Assembly: GCA_031459535.1 (NCBI GenBank)
Contig: JAVKIJ010000023.1
Span: 1-37,105, forward strand
Length of the DNA: 37,105 bases
Source of the DNA: Candidatus Fervidifonticultor quintus
GTDB taxonomy: Bacteria > Sysuimicrobiota > Sysuimicrobiia > Sysuimicrobiales > Humicultoraceae
Direction of reading: 5' to 3'
Shown: positions 27,320 through 35,401 of the stretch, one piece after another
Layout of the letters: every line of letters starts with the position of its first letter
Numbering within the stretch: the stretch's first letter is position 1
Program-made: the position numbers and the translations under genes
The notes under the pieces: model-generated
The model's input: the letters and a program-made list of their open reading frames with translations, nothing else
Told to the model about the DNA's origin: nothing
Databases searched by the model: none

Positions 27320-27700
27320 CTATGCCAGCGCGATGCACTCGATCTCCACCAGCGCGTCCCGGGGCAGGCGCGACACCTGCACCGTCGAGCGCGCCGGCGG
27401 CAGTTCCCGGAAGACGCTCTGGTACTCCTCGTTCATCGCGCCGAAATCGTTGAGGTCCTTCAGGAAGACCGTGGTCTTCAACACCCGATCCATGGACGAG
27501 CCGGCGGCCTCAAGGACCGCGGCGAGGTTGGTCAGGACCTGGCGTGTCTGCGTCTTGATGTCGGCACCGACCATCTGACCCGTGGCCGGATCCAGCGCCA
27601 CCTGCCCTGAGAGGAACAGCAGACCGCCGGCGCGGATGGCCTGGGAATACGGACCGATCGGCAGCGGCGCGCGGTCGCTGCGTACGACATCCTTGGACAT
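27320..27700 (-). CDS. ridA: RidA family enamine/imine deaminase
   Basis: PIGPYSQA, LSGQ, VLKTTVFL, MNEEY, PARS and LVEIECIA motifs. Confidence 0.95.
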   Translation of the reverse strand: MSKDVVRSDRAPLPIGPYSQAIRAGGLLFLSGQVALDPATGQMVGADIKTQTRQVLTNLAAVLEAAGSSMDRVLKTTVFLKDLNDFGAMNEEYQSVFRELPPARSTVQVSRLPRDALVEIECIALA

Positions 27701-27755
27701 GGATCCCTCCCCTAAGCTGAGCGTGGCACGGACGCGGTCCGCCGCGCCCGCGCAC

Positions 27756-27992
27756 CTATGGAGTGTTTCCCAGGATCCGGCGCAACTCCTCGCGGAGTCT
27801 GTAGGGGGCTCGCTCGGCGCCGCACTTGGTCTGGATGATCCCGCGCAGCCGGACCTCGAAGTCCACCTGATGGCGGCACCCCAGGCAGCGGGCGATGTGA
27901 GCCTCGAGCTCCTGACAGGCCGCCTCGTCCAGCTCCCCGTCCAGATAGCCCCAGAGGCGCTGCAGCACTTCGTTGCAGTCCAACCCGCTCAT
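27756..27992 (-). CDS. Zinc-binding anti-sigma factor (ZAS, RsrA/RshA-like)
   Basis: C..V...L..YLDGEL and HIARCLGC (HxxxCxxC); coupled to the ECF sigma stop. Confidence 0.9.
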   Translation of the reverse strand: MSGLDCNEVLQRLWGYLDGELDEAACQELEAHIARCLGCRHQVDFEVRLRGIIQTKCGAERAPYRLREELRRILGNTP

Positions 27993-28609
27993 GCCCCAGA
28001 TGGCTGCGGTGGAGGGCTCTCTTTCCGGGATCCGGCCTCACCGTTGGCGTAGCCGGCCCGCTTGGCGTAGTCCCAGAGCAGCCGCTGCAGATGCCGGCGG
28101 CCTCGGTACAGACGAGACATAACCGTGCCGATAGGGACATCGAGGATCTCGGCGATCTCACGGTAGGAGAAATCCTGCAGGTCGGCCAGGATCACCGCGG
28201 CGCGGAACGGCTCGGGCACCTGGTCCAGGGCGGCCTTGACGTCGGCGTCCATGATCCGCGCCAGCAGGATCTCCTCGGGATCGCCGGCGCGGCGCAGTTC
28301 CTCGCTCTCCTGCGCCTTGGCGTAGAGGTAGAACTCACCCACATCGTCGTGATCCACCAGCTCGGGCGCGCGGGCAGACCGGCGGTAGCTGTCGATATAG
28401 GCATTCATGAGGATCTTGTAGAGCCAGGCCCTGGCGTTGGTCCCGGCCTGGAAGGTGCGGAACGACCGCCACGCCTTGAGGAACGTGTCCTGCACCAGGT
28501 CTTCGGCGGTCGTCCGGTTGCGGGTCAGGCGCAGCGCGCTTCCGTAGAGGCCGTCCAGGTGCTCGCTGACCAGGGCCTCGAAGCGCTCGCGCTCCTCGTT
28601 GGTCACCAT
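27989..28609 (-). CDS. ECF sigma factor, SigR/SigH-like
   Basis: AEDLVQDTFLKAW, FQAGTNARAWLYKILMN, FSYREIAEILDVPIGTVMSRLYRGR; start at 28609 or 28648. Confidence 0.92.
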   Translation of the reverse strand: MVTNEERERFEALVSEHLDGLYGSALRLTRNRTTAEDLVQDTFLKAWRSFRTFQAGTNARAWLYKILMNAYIDSYRRSARAPELVDHDDVGEFYLYAKAQESEELRRAGDPEEILLARIMDADVKAALDQVPEPFRAAVILADLQDFSYREIAEILDVPIGTVMSRLYRGRRHLQRLLWDYAKRAGYANGEAGSRKESPPPQPSGA

Positions 28610-28663
28610 CAACCCGGAATGATTGGCGCTCACCGCGCAGACACCCATGGGCACGCCCGCTGT

Positions 28664-28690
28664 AACGCCACGATGAGCCTGCTGATTCCC
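28664..28690 (-). promoter_or_regulatory. SigR/SigH-type promoter (GGAAT-N18-GTT), autoregulatory
   Basis: Minus strand GGGAAT cagcaggctcatcgtgg CGTT in the intergenic region upstream of the ECF sigma. Confidence 0.75.
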
Positions 28691-28713
28691 ATGATCCGCC
28701 TCGTTCCTGCCCG

Positions 28714-29145
28714 CTACCGGCGGGCCGCGGGCTGTCGCTCTCGCTGTGGGTACAGATCGGCCAGCGTCAGCCGGTCCAGCACCCCGGCTGCGGCGGCGTG
28801 GAGCGCGTGCCAGACCGGACGCAACCCACAGCCGTGGACGTGCTGGCAGTCCGGGTCGTCGGTCTCGACGCACCACCATGGCGACGTGGTACCTTCCAGC
28901 ACAGCGAAGGCCTCGCGCAGGCGGATCTCCGCCGGCGGCCGGGCCAGCGCATGTCCTCCGGTCGGGCCACGTTTGCTGGTGACCAGACCAGCCTGCCGGA
29001 GTGTGGCCATCAACTGGTTGAGATATGGTTCGGGCAGGCCCTGGCGCTGGGCAATAGCGTGGGTCTGTACCGGCCCCTGCCCGTAGTGGACGGCCAGTTC
29101 GATCAGAGCGCGAATCCCGTATTCGGCCCGCGTGGAGACCTTCAT
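28714..29145 (-). CDS. Rrf2 family regulator with three Cys (IscR-like Fe-S type)
   Basis: STRAEYGIRAL, YLNQLM..L..AGLV.SKRGPTGG, C-x7-C-x5-C, TLADL. Confidence 0.92.
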   Translation of the reverse strand: MKVSTRAEYGIRALIELAVHYGQGPVQTHAIAQRQGLPEPYLNQLMATLRQAGLVTSKRGPTGGHALARPPAEIRLREAFAVLEGTTSPWWCVETDDPDCQHVHGCGLRPVWHALHAAAAGVLDRLTLADLYPQRERQPAARR

Positions 29146-29558
29146 CCCTCCACCACCAGCTCCTCCTCGGTGATCTGGCCGTCCCTGATCCGGAATGCCC
29201 GGATCTGGGCGTCTTGCGCCGGCGCCTGCGCATCGCGCAGCGACACGATCACGTACGCGGCATCCGGGTACAGCGCCCGCGCCACGTCGGTCCGCGACGG
29301 GAACGCCGGCGACTGGGTGTGCGAATGATAGATGCCGAGCAGGTCCAACCCCTCGGCGTCCATGGCCTTGAAGAACGCCAGCTGCTCCTGGGGGTCGAGC
29401 CGGTACGTGTACGGGCTCCGATCAACGTTGTGGCCCCGGAACAATCGCTCCACCCGCCTGCCCCGGCCGGCCAGCAGGCCGCAGCACTCGTTGGGAAACT
29501 CCTCGCGCGCGTGTTCCACCATGGCCTCTGCCAGTGCCCTGGGCAATTCTAGACTCAT
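29142..29558 (-). CDS. JAMM/MPN+ (M67) metalloprotease, Mec-like CysO-cysteine peptidase
   Basis: PNECCGLL and YHSHT...PSRTD JAMM motif. Confidence 0.92.
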   Translation of the reverse strand: MSLELPRALAEAMVEHAREEFPNECCGLLAGRGRRVERLFRGHNVDRSPYTYRLDPQEQLAFFKAMDAEGLDLLGIYHSHTQSPAFPSRTDVARALYPDAAYVIVSLRDAQAPAQDAQIRAFRIRDGQITEEELVVEG

Positions 29559-29565
29559 TTACTCA

Positions 29566-29574
29566 ATAATAGCA
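29566..29574 (-). promoter_or_regulatory. Extended -10 promoter, probably leaderless, for JAMM-rrf2
   Basis: TGcTATTAT followed by 7 nt (tgagtaa) then ATG; no SD sequence. Confidence 0.6.
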
Positions 29575-29639
29575 CGTCGGGCGGACTGGCCAAAGAGGGC
29601 GGGAGCCGGCATGCCGGACGGGCCACGCGGCCGGGTGGG

Positions 29640-30605
29640 TCACCCGGCCTCCGGGATTGCCCGCCACAGGGGGGTTGAGAGGTATCGCTCGCCCGAGTCC
29701 GGGAAGATCACGACCACGACCCCCTCGCGCAGATCGCGCGCCACGGCCAGGGCCGCGGCCGTGGCGGCGCCCGACGACGTGCCGGCAAAGATCCCTTCCT
29801 CGACCGCCAGCCGCCGGGCGGTGGCATAGGCGTCGTCGGTACGTACCCTGACCGTGTGGTGGGCGACCGAAGGATCGTAGATGCCGGGTGTGACCGCCGT
29901 GGGGAGATGCTTCAAACCCTCGATGCCGTGAAACGCGTCATCGGGCTCGACGGCGACGATCTGGATGGCAGCGTCGGCCTCGCGCAGCCGCCGTCCCACC
30001 CCCACCAGCGTCCCAGTCGTGCCCACTCCGATCACCACATGGGTGAGTCGCCCGTGCGTCTGCGCCAGGATCTCGGGCCCCGTCCCGTCGTAGTGGGCGC
30101 GCCAGTTGCTCGGGTTGTTGTACTGGTTGAGATAGAGGTACTGGCCGGGGTGCGCCTCGGCCAGGGCTTGCGCCATCCGCATGGCCCCGTCGGAGCCCTC
30201 CAGGGGATCGGACAGGATGAGCCGGGCGCCGTACGCGCGCATGGTGCTCTTGCGCTCTTCACTGGCGTTGGCAGGCACGACGAGTGTCACGCGGTAGCCC
30301 CGGACCGCGCCGATCATCGCATAGGCGATCCCTGCGTTTCCGCTGGAGGAGTCCAACAGGACGGGCGGCGCGCCACCGGACCCCGGCAGCAGGCCGGCGC
30401 GCTCGGCATCCTCGATCATCCGCAGCACCGGTCGATCCTTCACCGACCCACCCGGGTTGAACCCTTCGAGCTTCGCGTAGACCTCGACCGATGGGCTCAG
30501 ACCGGAGGCGACCCGGCGGAGGCGTACCAGGGGCGTGTGCCCCACGCGGTCGAGCAGGCTCTCGCCGATCGGCCTGGGTGATGGCGGTGCGAACCGGTAG
30601 GCCAT
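29640..30605 (-). CDS. cysM: PLP-dependent cysteine synthase family protein (CysM / O-phosphoserine sulfhydrylase-like)
   Basis: VGHTPLV, KLEGFNPGGSVKDR, SSGNAG, NQYNN, GVGTTGT and FPDSGERYLST; ATG 30605 overlaps the upstream TGA. Confidence 0.88.
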   Translation of the reverse strand: MAYRFAPPSPRPIGESLLDRVGHTPLVRLRRVASGLSPSVEVYAKLEGFNPGGSVKDRPVLRMIEDAERAGLLPGSGGAPPVLLDSSSGNAGIAYAMIGAVRGYRVTLVVPANASEERKSTMRAYGARLILSDPLEGSDGAMRMAQALAEAHPGQYLYLNQYNNPSNWRAHYDGTGPEILAQTHGRLTHVVIGVGTTGTLVGVGRRLREADAAIQIVAVEPDDAFHGIEGLKHLPTAVTPGIYDPSVAHHTVRVRTDDAYATARRLAVEEGIFAGTSSGAATAAALAVARDLREGVVVVIFPDSGERYLSTPLWRAIPEAG

Positions 30606-31426
30606 CAATCGTCGAACAGGACCGTGGACTCGGGATAGGCCCGGACGCGGTGGGCTGCCAGGCGCGACCGGATCAAGTCGTCGAGTTGGGCCTGTTTGGC
30701 GCCCAGGGAGACGCGGCTTTGGAGCAGCGCCAGATCCACATTGATGCGCAGGGCCCGGTTGTGCACGATGAACCGGCTGATGCCGCTGGGCAGCTTGACG
30801 GGCAGGTGCGCGATGGCGCGGATCTCGGCCTTCCGCAGCCTGGGAAACAGCACCAGGGCGCCGACGCGGCCGTACTCGCGGCGCAGCACGTCGAGCCCGT
30901 TGGGTTGGACACGATAGAACGGCGCGCGCCGCTGGTAGGCCGAGACCACGCCGGCGATGGCCGCCACGCGCCCCGCCAGGTCCGGAGGCGCGGCGAGGCC
31001 GCGCGCGTCGGCATCGGTGACCACGCCGCAGGCGAGGGTCCCGTCGTCGAGCCCGGCGCGCACGGCCTCGGCCGAAAGCCGCCGCCACAGCGGGCCCGGC
31101 GTGGGTAGCACGTCCTCGACCAGCAGGTGGGCCCAGACCTCCAGGATTACCCAGGGCTGATCGGCATCGACCACCTGCACGACCTGATCGGGATAGCCCG
31201 CCTGGGCCAGCGCGGTGACGCGGTTGGCGCCGTCGAGCACCACGTAGGACCCGCCGTCGAGCGGGGCTGCGACCGGAGGGTTTCGAAGGACGCCTTCGTC
31301 GGCAAACGAGCGGAGCAGGCGCTCCACCCTGGCGGGATCCGACGCCTCATGGGGCAACAGGGCCGCGGAGGGGATCACCCGCAGGTCTGGCAACCGGCCG
31401 GCCGCGGGCACCCGTGATCCCGTCAT
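30605..31426 (-). CDS. ParB/Srx-fold protein, SerK/SbnI-like putative free-serine kinase
   Basis: LLPHE..DP.RVERL......GVLRNPPV......YVVLDGANRVTAL...VQ...W pattern resembles the SbnI/SerK catalytic domain; no HTH seen. Confidence 0.65.
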   Translation of the reverse strand: MTGSRVPAAGRLPDLRVIPSAALLPHEASDPARVERLLRSFADEGVLRNPPVAAPLDGGSYVVLDGANRVTALAQAGYPDQVVQVVDADQPWVILEVWAHLLVEDVLPTPGPLWRRLSAEAVRAGLDDGTLACGVVTDADARGLAAPPDLAGRVAAIAGVVSAYQRRAPFYRVQPNGLDVLRREYGRVGALVLFPRLRKAEIRAIAHLPVKLPSGISRFIVHNRALRINVDLALLQSRVSLGAKQAQLDDLIRSRLAAHRVRAYPESTVLFDD

Positions 31427-31443
31427 CGCCCGAGAGCCAACCG

Positions 31444-31737
31444 TCACCGGAACGCCGATCGAAGGGCGCCTCCGGCCATGGCGGGGATGATCGCGACTTC
31501 GTCCATCGGCCCCACCGGGGTCTGTAACCCACCAGAGTCGCGGATCTCGATCTGGTTGACAAAGACCGTCACATATGCTCGCAGGGCGCCCGCCTCGTCG
31601 AAGAGGTAGCTGCGCAGACCCGGGTGCTGCGCGTCCAGCCGGTGGAGCAACTCGCCTACCGTGGAGGCGCCGATCTCGACCCGAGCCTGTCCGCCTGTGA
31701 GACGGCGCAGCGGTGAGGGAATCAAGACGATCGCCAC
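31444..31737 (-). CDS. MoaD/ThiS/CysO-family ubiquitin-like sulfur carrier with C-terminal extension
   Basis: IPSPLRRLTGG, TVGELL..L...HPGL, VFVN..EIR...GL.T, AIIPAMAGG followed by ALRSAFR. Confidence 0.9.
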   Translation of the reverse strand: MAIVLIPSPLRRLTGGQARVEIGASTVGELLHRLDAQHPGLRSYLFDEAGALRAYVTVFVNQIEIRDSGGLQTPVGPMDEVAIIPAMAGGALRSAFR

Positions 31738-31743
31738 AACCGA

Positions 31744-32463
31744 TCACGCTCCTGCGGGCGCAGCGGCCAACATGCGCCGCACCGCCTCGAGGCTCGTCCG
31801 CTCCAGTCGGAGACGGAAGTGTGCCGCGGCCCGGTCGGCACAGACCCGGCGTACGGCACGCAGGTCCACGTGCCGGCCGAGCAGGTGCACCATGGACGTG
31901 ACCGGCCGGCCCAGCCCGCAGGGGTTGATGAGCGCGAAGCCGTCGAGATCGGTGCTGACGTTGAGCGCGAACCCATGCATGGTGACGTGTCGCTTGATGG
32001 CGACCCCTAACGCAGCAATCTTGGCCTCGCCCACCCAGACCCCTGGATACCCCGGCCGACGGCTCGCCTGCAGCCCAAACGCCGCCAGCGTGTCGATGAC
32101 CACCGCCTCAAGGGTGCGGACATAGGCGCCCGCATCGTCGCCGAACCGGCGCAGGTCGAAGATGGGATAGCCCACGAGCTGACCCGGACCGTGATACGTC
32201 GCGCTGCCTCCGCGCTCGACTTCGAAGACCTCGATCCCCCGGGCAGCAAGATCTGCACGGGAGACCAGCAGATGTTCGCGAGCCGCGCTGCGGCCGAGCG
32301 TCACCACCGGCCGGTGTTCGAGCAGCAGCAGCACGTCCGGGATCAGGCCTTCCTGCCGGGCCCGCAGCAACTCCCGCTGCAGCGCCCAGATCTCAGCGTA
32401 CGCCACCGGCCCGCGCTCAAGATCGAGCAACCAGCCGTCCGCGGGCTCAACGGTCGTGTTCAT
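31744..32463 (-). CDS. lipB: Lipoyl(octanoyl) transferase
   Basis: LLEHRPVVTLGR, RGGSATYHGPGQLVGYPI, KIAALG, HGFALNV and INPCG motifs. Confidence 0.96.
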   Translation of the reverse strand: MNTTVEPADGWLLDLERGPVAYAEIWALQRELLRARQEGLIPDVLLLLEHRPVVTLGRSAAREHLLVSRADLAARGIEVFEVERGGSATYHGPGQLVGYPIFDLRRFGDDAGAYVRTLEAVVIDTLAAFGLQASRRPGYPGVWVGEAKIAALGVAIKRHVTMHGFALNVSTDLDGFALINPCGLGRPVTSMVHLLGRHVDLRAVRRVCADRAAAHFRLRLERTSLEAVRRMLAAAPAGA

Positions 32464-32488
32464 CGGGTATTCTGTTCATCGGGTATTC
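32457..32488. repeat. Perfect 16-bp tandem duplication across lipB start / ABC ATPase stop
   Basis: TGTTCATCGGGTATTC at 32457-32472 and again at 32473-32488. Confidence 0.95.
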
Positions 32489-33686
32489 GATGAAACCGCG
32501 GCGGCCCGGCCGACATTCCGTCCCAGGTCTCGACCGCTTCGCCATCCTTGAAACAGGCGAGCAGGTGCCCGGGGGCCAGGCGCACCGCTACCCGGGCGCC
32601 GCGCTCCAGTCGGGCCGTGTGGGGCTGTCGGCAGTGCACCACGCGGCCCGAGGGCATCCGAACCCGGTAGATGATGTCGGCGCCGACGAACAGCCGGTCT
32701 ACAACCGTCCCCTGGCCGTCTGGCGAAGGGCTGATGTGGAGATCATCCGGCCGCACCAGGATCTCCAGCCGGCCGTCTGGCCCGCCGCCTTGCGGGGCAG
32801 CCACGCGTTGAGGCAGTAGCCCGGCTTCGGTGAGCAAGCCGTCGGCTGTGGCCGCCGCCGCCAGGAAGTCGGCCCGGCCGAAGAAGGCCGCTATGGCCTG
32901 CGTCTTCGGCGCGTGGAAGATCGCCTCGGGCGTGTCGATCTGCTCGAGCCGGCCCTGGCGGATCAAGGCCACCCGGTCTCCCAATAGCAGGGCCTCCTCC
33001 TGATCGTGGGTGACGAAGACGGCACTGGTCCCCGTGGCCCCCAGGATGGCGCGAACATCTTCGCGCACCTGCGCACGCAGGTCGGCGTCGAGGTTGGAGA
33101 AGGGCTCGTCCAGCAACACCGCAAACGGCCGAGGCGCCAGCGCCCGAGCCAGCGCTACCCGCTGCTGTTGCCCGCCGGACAACTCGTGCGGGTATCGTGA
33201 GGCGTAGCCCTCCATGCCCACGAGACGCAGCACCTCAGCCGTGCGAGGCCTGCGCTCGGCCGCCAGCACACAATGGAGCCCGAACGCCACGTTCTCCGCC
33301 ACGGTCAGATGCGGGAAGAGCGTGTAGTCTTGAAAGACCATGCCGACCCCGCGGGCCTCGGGCGGCACCCACGCGGCGGGACCCGCGACCTGGCGGCCCG
33401 CGATCCACACCTCGCCGGCATCCGGTCGCTCGAAGCCAGCGATCAGCCGAAGCACCGTGGTCTTGCCGCTCCCGCTGGGACCCACCAACGACAGGACCTC
33501 GCCGCGCCCAACGTCCAGTGAGAGGTCTGCGACCGCCGGCGCCTCACCCCCCGCGAAGTGTCGCCACACCTGGCGCAGGCTGATCACGGGCGCGGCAGCC
33601 GCCGGACGTGGCTGCAGGGGCTTTGAGCCGCCACCGGCGCCGACCTCGTCCGTACAGGAAGCGTACCAGAGGGGGGTATTCATCAC
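32460..33686 (-). CDS. Fe3+ ABC transporter ATP-binding protein (FbpC/FutC-like)
   Basis: GPSGSGKT, LSGGQQQRVALARA, LLDEPFSNLD, VTHDQEEA, C-terminal TOBE-like region. Confidence 0.92.
   Translation of the reverse strand: MMNTPLWYASCTDEVGAGGGSKPLQPRPAAAAPVISLRQVWRHFAGGEAPAVADLSLDVGRGEVLSLVGPSGSGKTTVLRLIAGFERPDAGEVWIAGRQVAGPAAWVPPEARGVGMVFQDYTLFPHLTVAENVAFGLHCVLAAERRPRTAEVLRLVGMEGYASRYPHELSGGQQQRVALARALAPRPFAVLLDEPFSNLDADLRAQVREDVRAILGATGTSAVFVTHDQEEALLLGDRVALIRQGRLEQIDTPEAIFHAPKTQAIAAFFGRADFLAAAATADGLLTEAGLLPQRVAAPQGGGPDGRLEILVRPDDLHISPSPDGQGTVVDRLFVGADIIYRVRMPSGRVVHCRQPHTARLERGARVAVRLAPGHLLACFKDGEAVETWDGMSAGPPRFHRIPDEQNTR
32494..32520 (-). promoter_or_regulatory. Second SigR/SigH-type promoter upstream of lipB
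   Basis: Minus strand CGGAAT gtcggccgggccgccgcg GTT (exactly N18), about 30 nt before the lipB ATG. Confidence 0.6.
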
Positions 33687-35401
33687 AAGGCGACGGGACG
33701 GCCCCGATCGCGCACGCGCGCCGAGGCCCGGATCATCACGAAAACGGGCAACAGCCCGATCCCCACGATGGCCAGCGCGGCGGTCGAAGCCTGCGCCAGT
33801 CGCTCATCCGACGCCAGTTGGTAGACCCGGATCGCCAGCGTGTCGAAGTTGAACGGCCGCAGGATCAAGGTGGCCGGCAGTTCCTTCAGCGTGTCCACGA
33901 AGACCAGCAGCGCGGCGGCCAGCAGGCTGCCGCTCATCAGGGGCGCGTGCACCCGCAGGAGCGTGCTGCCGGGGCCGTGGCCGAGCGTGCGGGCCGCCTC
34001 GTCCATCGCCGGCCGGATCCGCGACAGGGCGGCCTCCACGGTGTTGAACGAGACCGCGAGGAATCGGACCAGATATGCGAAGATCAGCACCACGATCGTG
34101 CCGCTCAAGAGCAGCCCGGTGGGCCGGCCGAAGGCCCCGCGCGCCCACGCATCGACGGCGTTGTCCAGGCCAGCAGCCGGCAGCATCACGCCCACCGCGA
34201 TCAGCGATCCCGGCAGCGCGTAGCCCAGCGTCGCGAGGCGCGCGGCGGCGCGCACGGCCGGGCCTGCAGCCAGCCGGACGCCGTAGGCCAGCACCGCTGC
34301 GGCGGCCACGGTGACCAGCGCGGCCAGGGCTGCGAGTCCGAGGCTGCGGCCGGCCAGTGCCACGAAGCGCTGGCCCAAGACCGGATCGCCAGCCGTGGTG
34401 GCCATGCGGAGCAAGGCGGCTGCGGGGATGAGGAATCCGACGACGGAGGGCGCAAGACAGCAGGCAAGCGCCGCCAGGCCGCGGGCACCCACGAGCGGGA
34501 TGTCGGCTGCCTGGGGGGCACGCACCGCGGTCTGGTGGAACCGTCGCCCGCCCCGCAGCGCCCGTTCGGCGACCAGGAGCACCACCACGAACATCAACAG
34601 GCCCGAGGCCAGCTTGGCCGCGCCCAGGGGCGAGCCCAGACCGAACCACGCGAGGTAGATGCCGGTGGTGAACGTCGGCACCTCGAAGTGCCGGACGGCG
34701 CCGAAATCTGCCAGCACCTCCATGAGCGCGAGCGTCAGCCCGGCCACGATTCCAGGCCGTGCCAGCGGCACCGCCACCCGGACGAAGGTGAGCCATGGGC
34801 CCAAGCCAAGGGTTCGACTCACTTCGACGGCGGAGGCCGACTGTTCGAGAAACGCCGCCCGCGCCAGCATGTAGACGTAGGGGTAGAAGGCGAACGTCAT
34901 GACGCCCACGGCGCCGCCCAGAGAACGGATCTCGGGAAACCAGTAGTCACCGCGCCCCCACCCAAACCAGTCCCGCAGGGCGGTCTGGACCGGCCCGGTG
35001 AACTGCAGCAGGTCAGCATACACGTACGCCAGCAAGTACGCTGGCACCGACAGCGGGAGGACCAGCAGCCACGTGCACAGGGCCCTGCCCGGAAACCGGT
35101 AGGCGGTAACCAGCCACGCCGTTCCCACCCCGATGACGAGCACGCCAAGGCCGGCCCCCAGCAGCAGCGCCACGGTGCTGATCACGTACTGCGGCAGGGT
35201 CAGGGCAACCAGCCGCGCCCATGCCCCGTCCGTGGGCGCCAGCAGGCTCGCGGCCACTGTCAGCACCGGCAACGCCAGCAGCACGGCGAGGGTCACGCTG
35301 CCAGCCCCCAGGGCCCAGCGGCCTCCCGCCTGTGGGAACCGGATGCTGACGCCTCGGGAGGTGACGGCGCCAGGGTCCCACACCATCGTGGTTAGCGCCA
35401 C
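33683..35401 (-). CDS. Fe3+ ABC transporter permease (FbpB/FutB-like)
   Basis: Duplicated permease with EAARTLG-like loops, YPYVY, MEVLADFG and LKELPATLILRPFNFDTLA; start 35401 or 35386. Confidence 0.92.
   Translation of the reverse strand: MALTTMVWDPGAVTSRGVSIRFPQAGGRWALGAGSVTLAVLLALPVLTVAASLLAPTDGAWARLVALTLPQYVISTVALLLGAGLGVLVIGVGTAWLVTAYRFPGRALCTWLLVLPLSVPAYLLAYVYADLLQFTGPVQTALRDWFGWGRGDYWFPEIRSLGGAVGVMTFAFYPYVYMLARAAFLEQSASAVEVSRTLGLGPWLTFVRVAVPLARPGIVAGLTLALMEVLADFGAVRHFEVPTFTTGIYLAWFGLGSPLGAAKLASGLLMFVVVLLVAERALRGGRRFHQTAVRAPQAADIPLVGARGLAALACCLAPSVVGFLIPAAALLRMATTAGDPVLGQRFVALAGRSLGLAALAALVTVAAAAVLAYGVRLAAGPAVRAAARLATLGYALPGSLIAVGVMLPAAGLDNAVDAWARGAFGRPTGLLLSGTIVVLIFAYLVRFLAVSFNTVEAALSRIRPAMDEAARTLGHGPGSTLLRVHAPLMSGSLLAAALLVFVDTLKELPATLILRPFNFDTLAIRVYQLASDERLAQASTAALAIVGIGLLPVFVMIRASARVRDRGRPVAL

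Noticed and set aside
28610-29233. 414-aa version of the ECF sigma
   Set aside because: Extension overlaps rrf2 and the sigma's own promoter motif
30605-31426. Chromosome-partitioning ParB call
   Set aside because: No HTH or dimerisation domain and no parA; metabolic context points to an enzyme
30606-31747. N-terminal extensions of the cysM ORF (to 31088) and the ParB-like ORF (to 31747), suggesting fusions
   Set aside because: Extensions are low-complexity Arg/Pro-rich and overlap real genes in other frames; coupled downstream ATGs fit better
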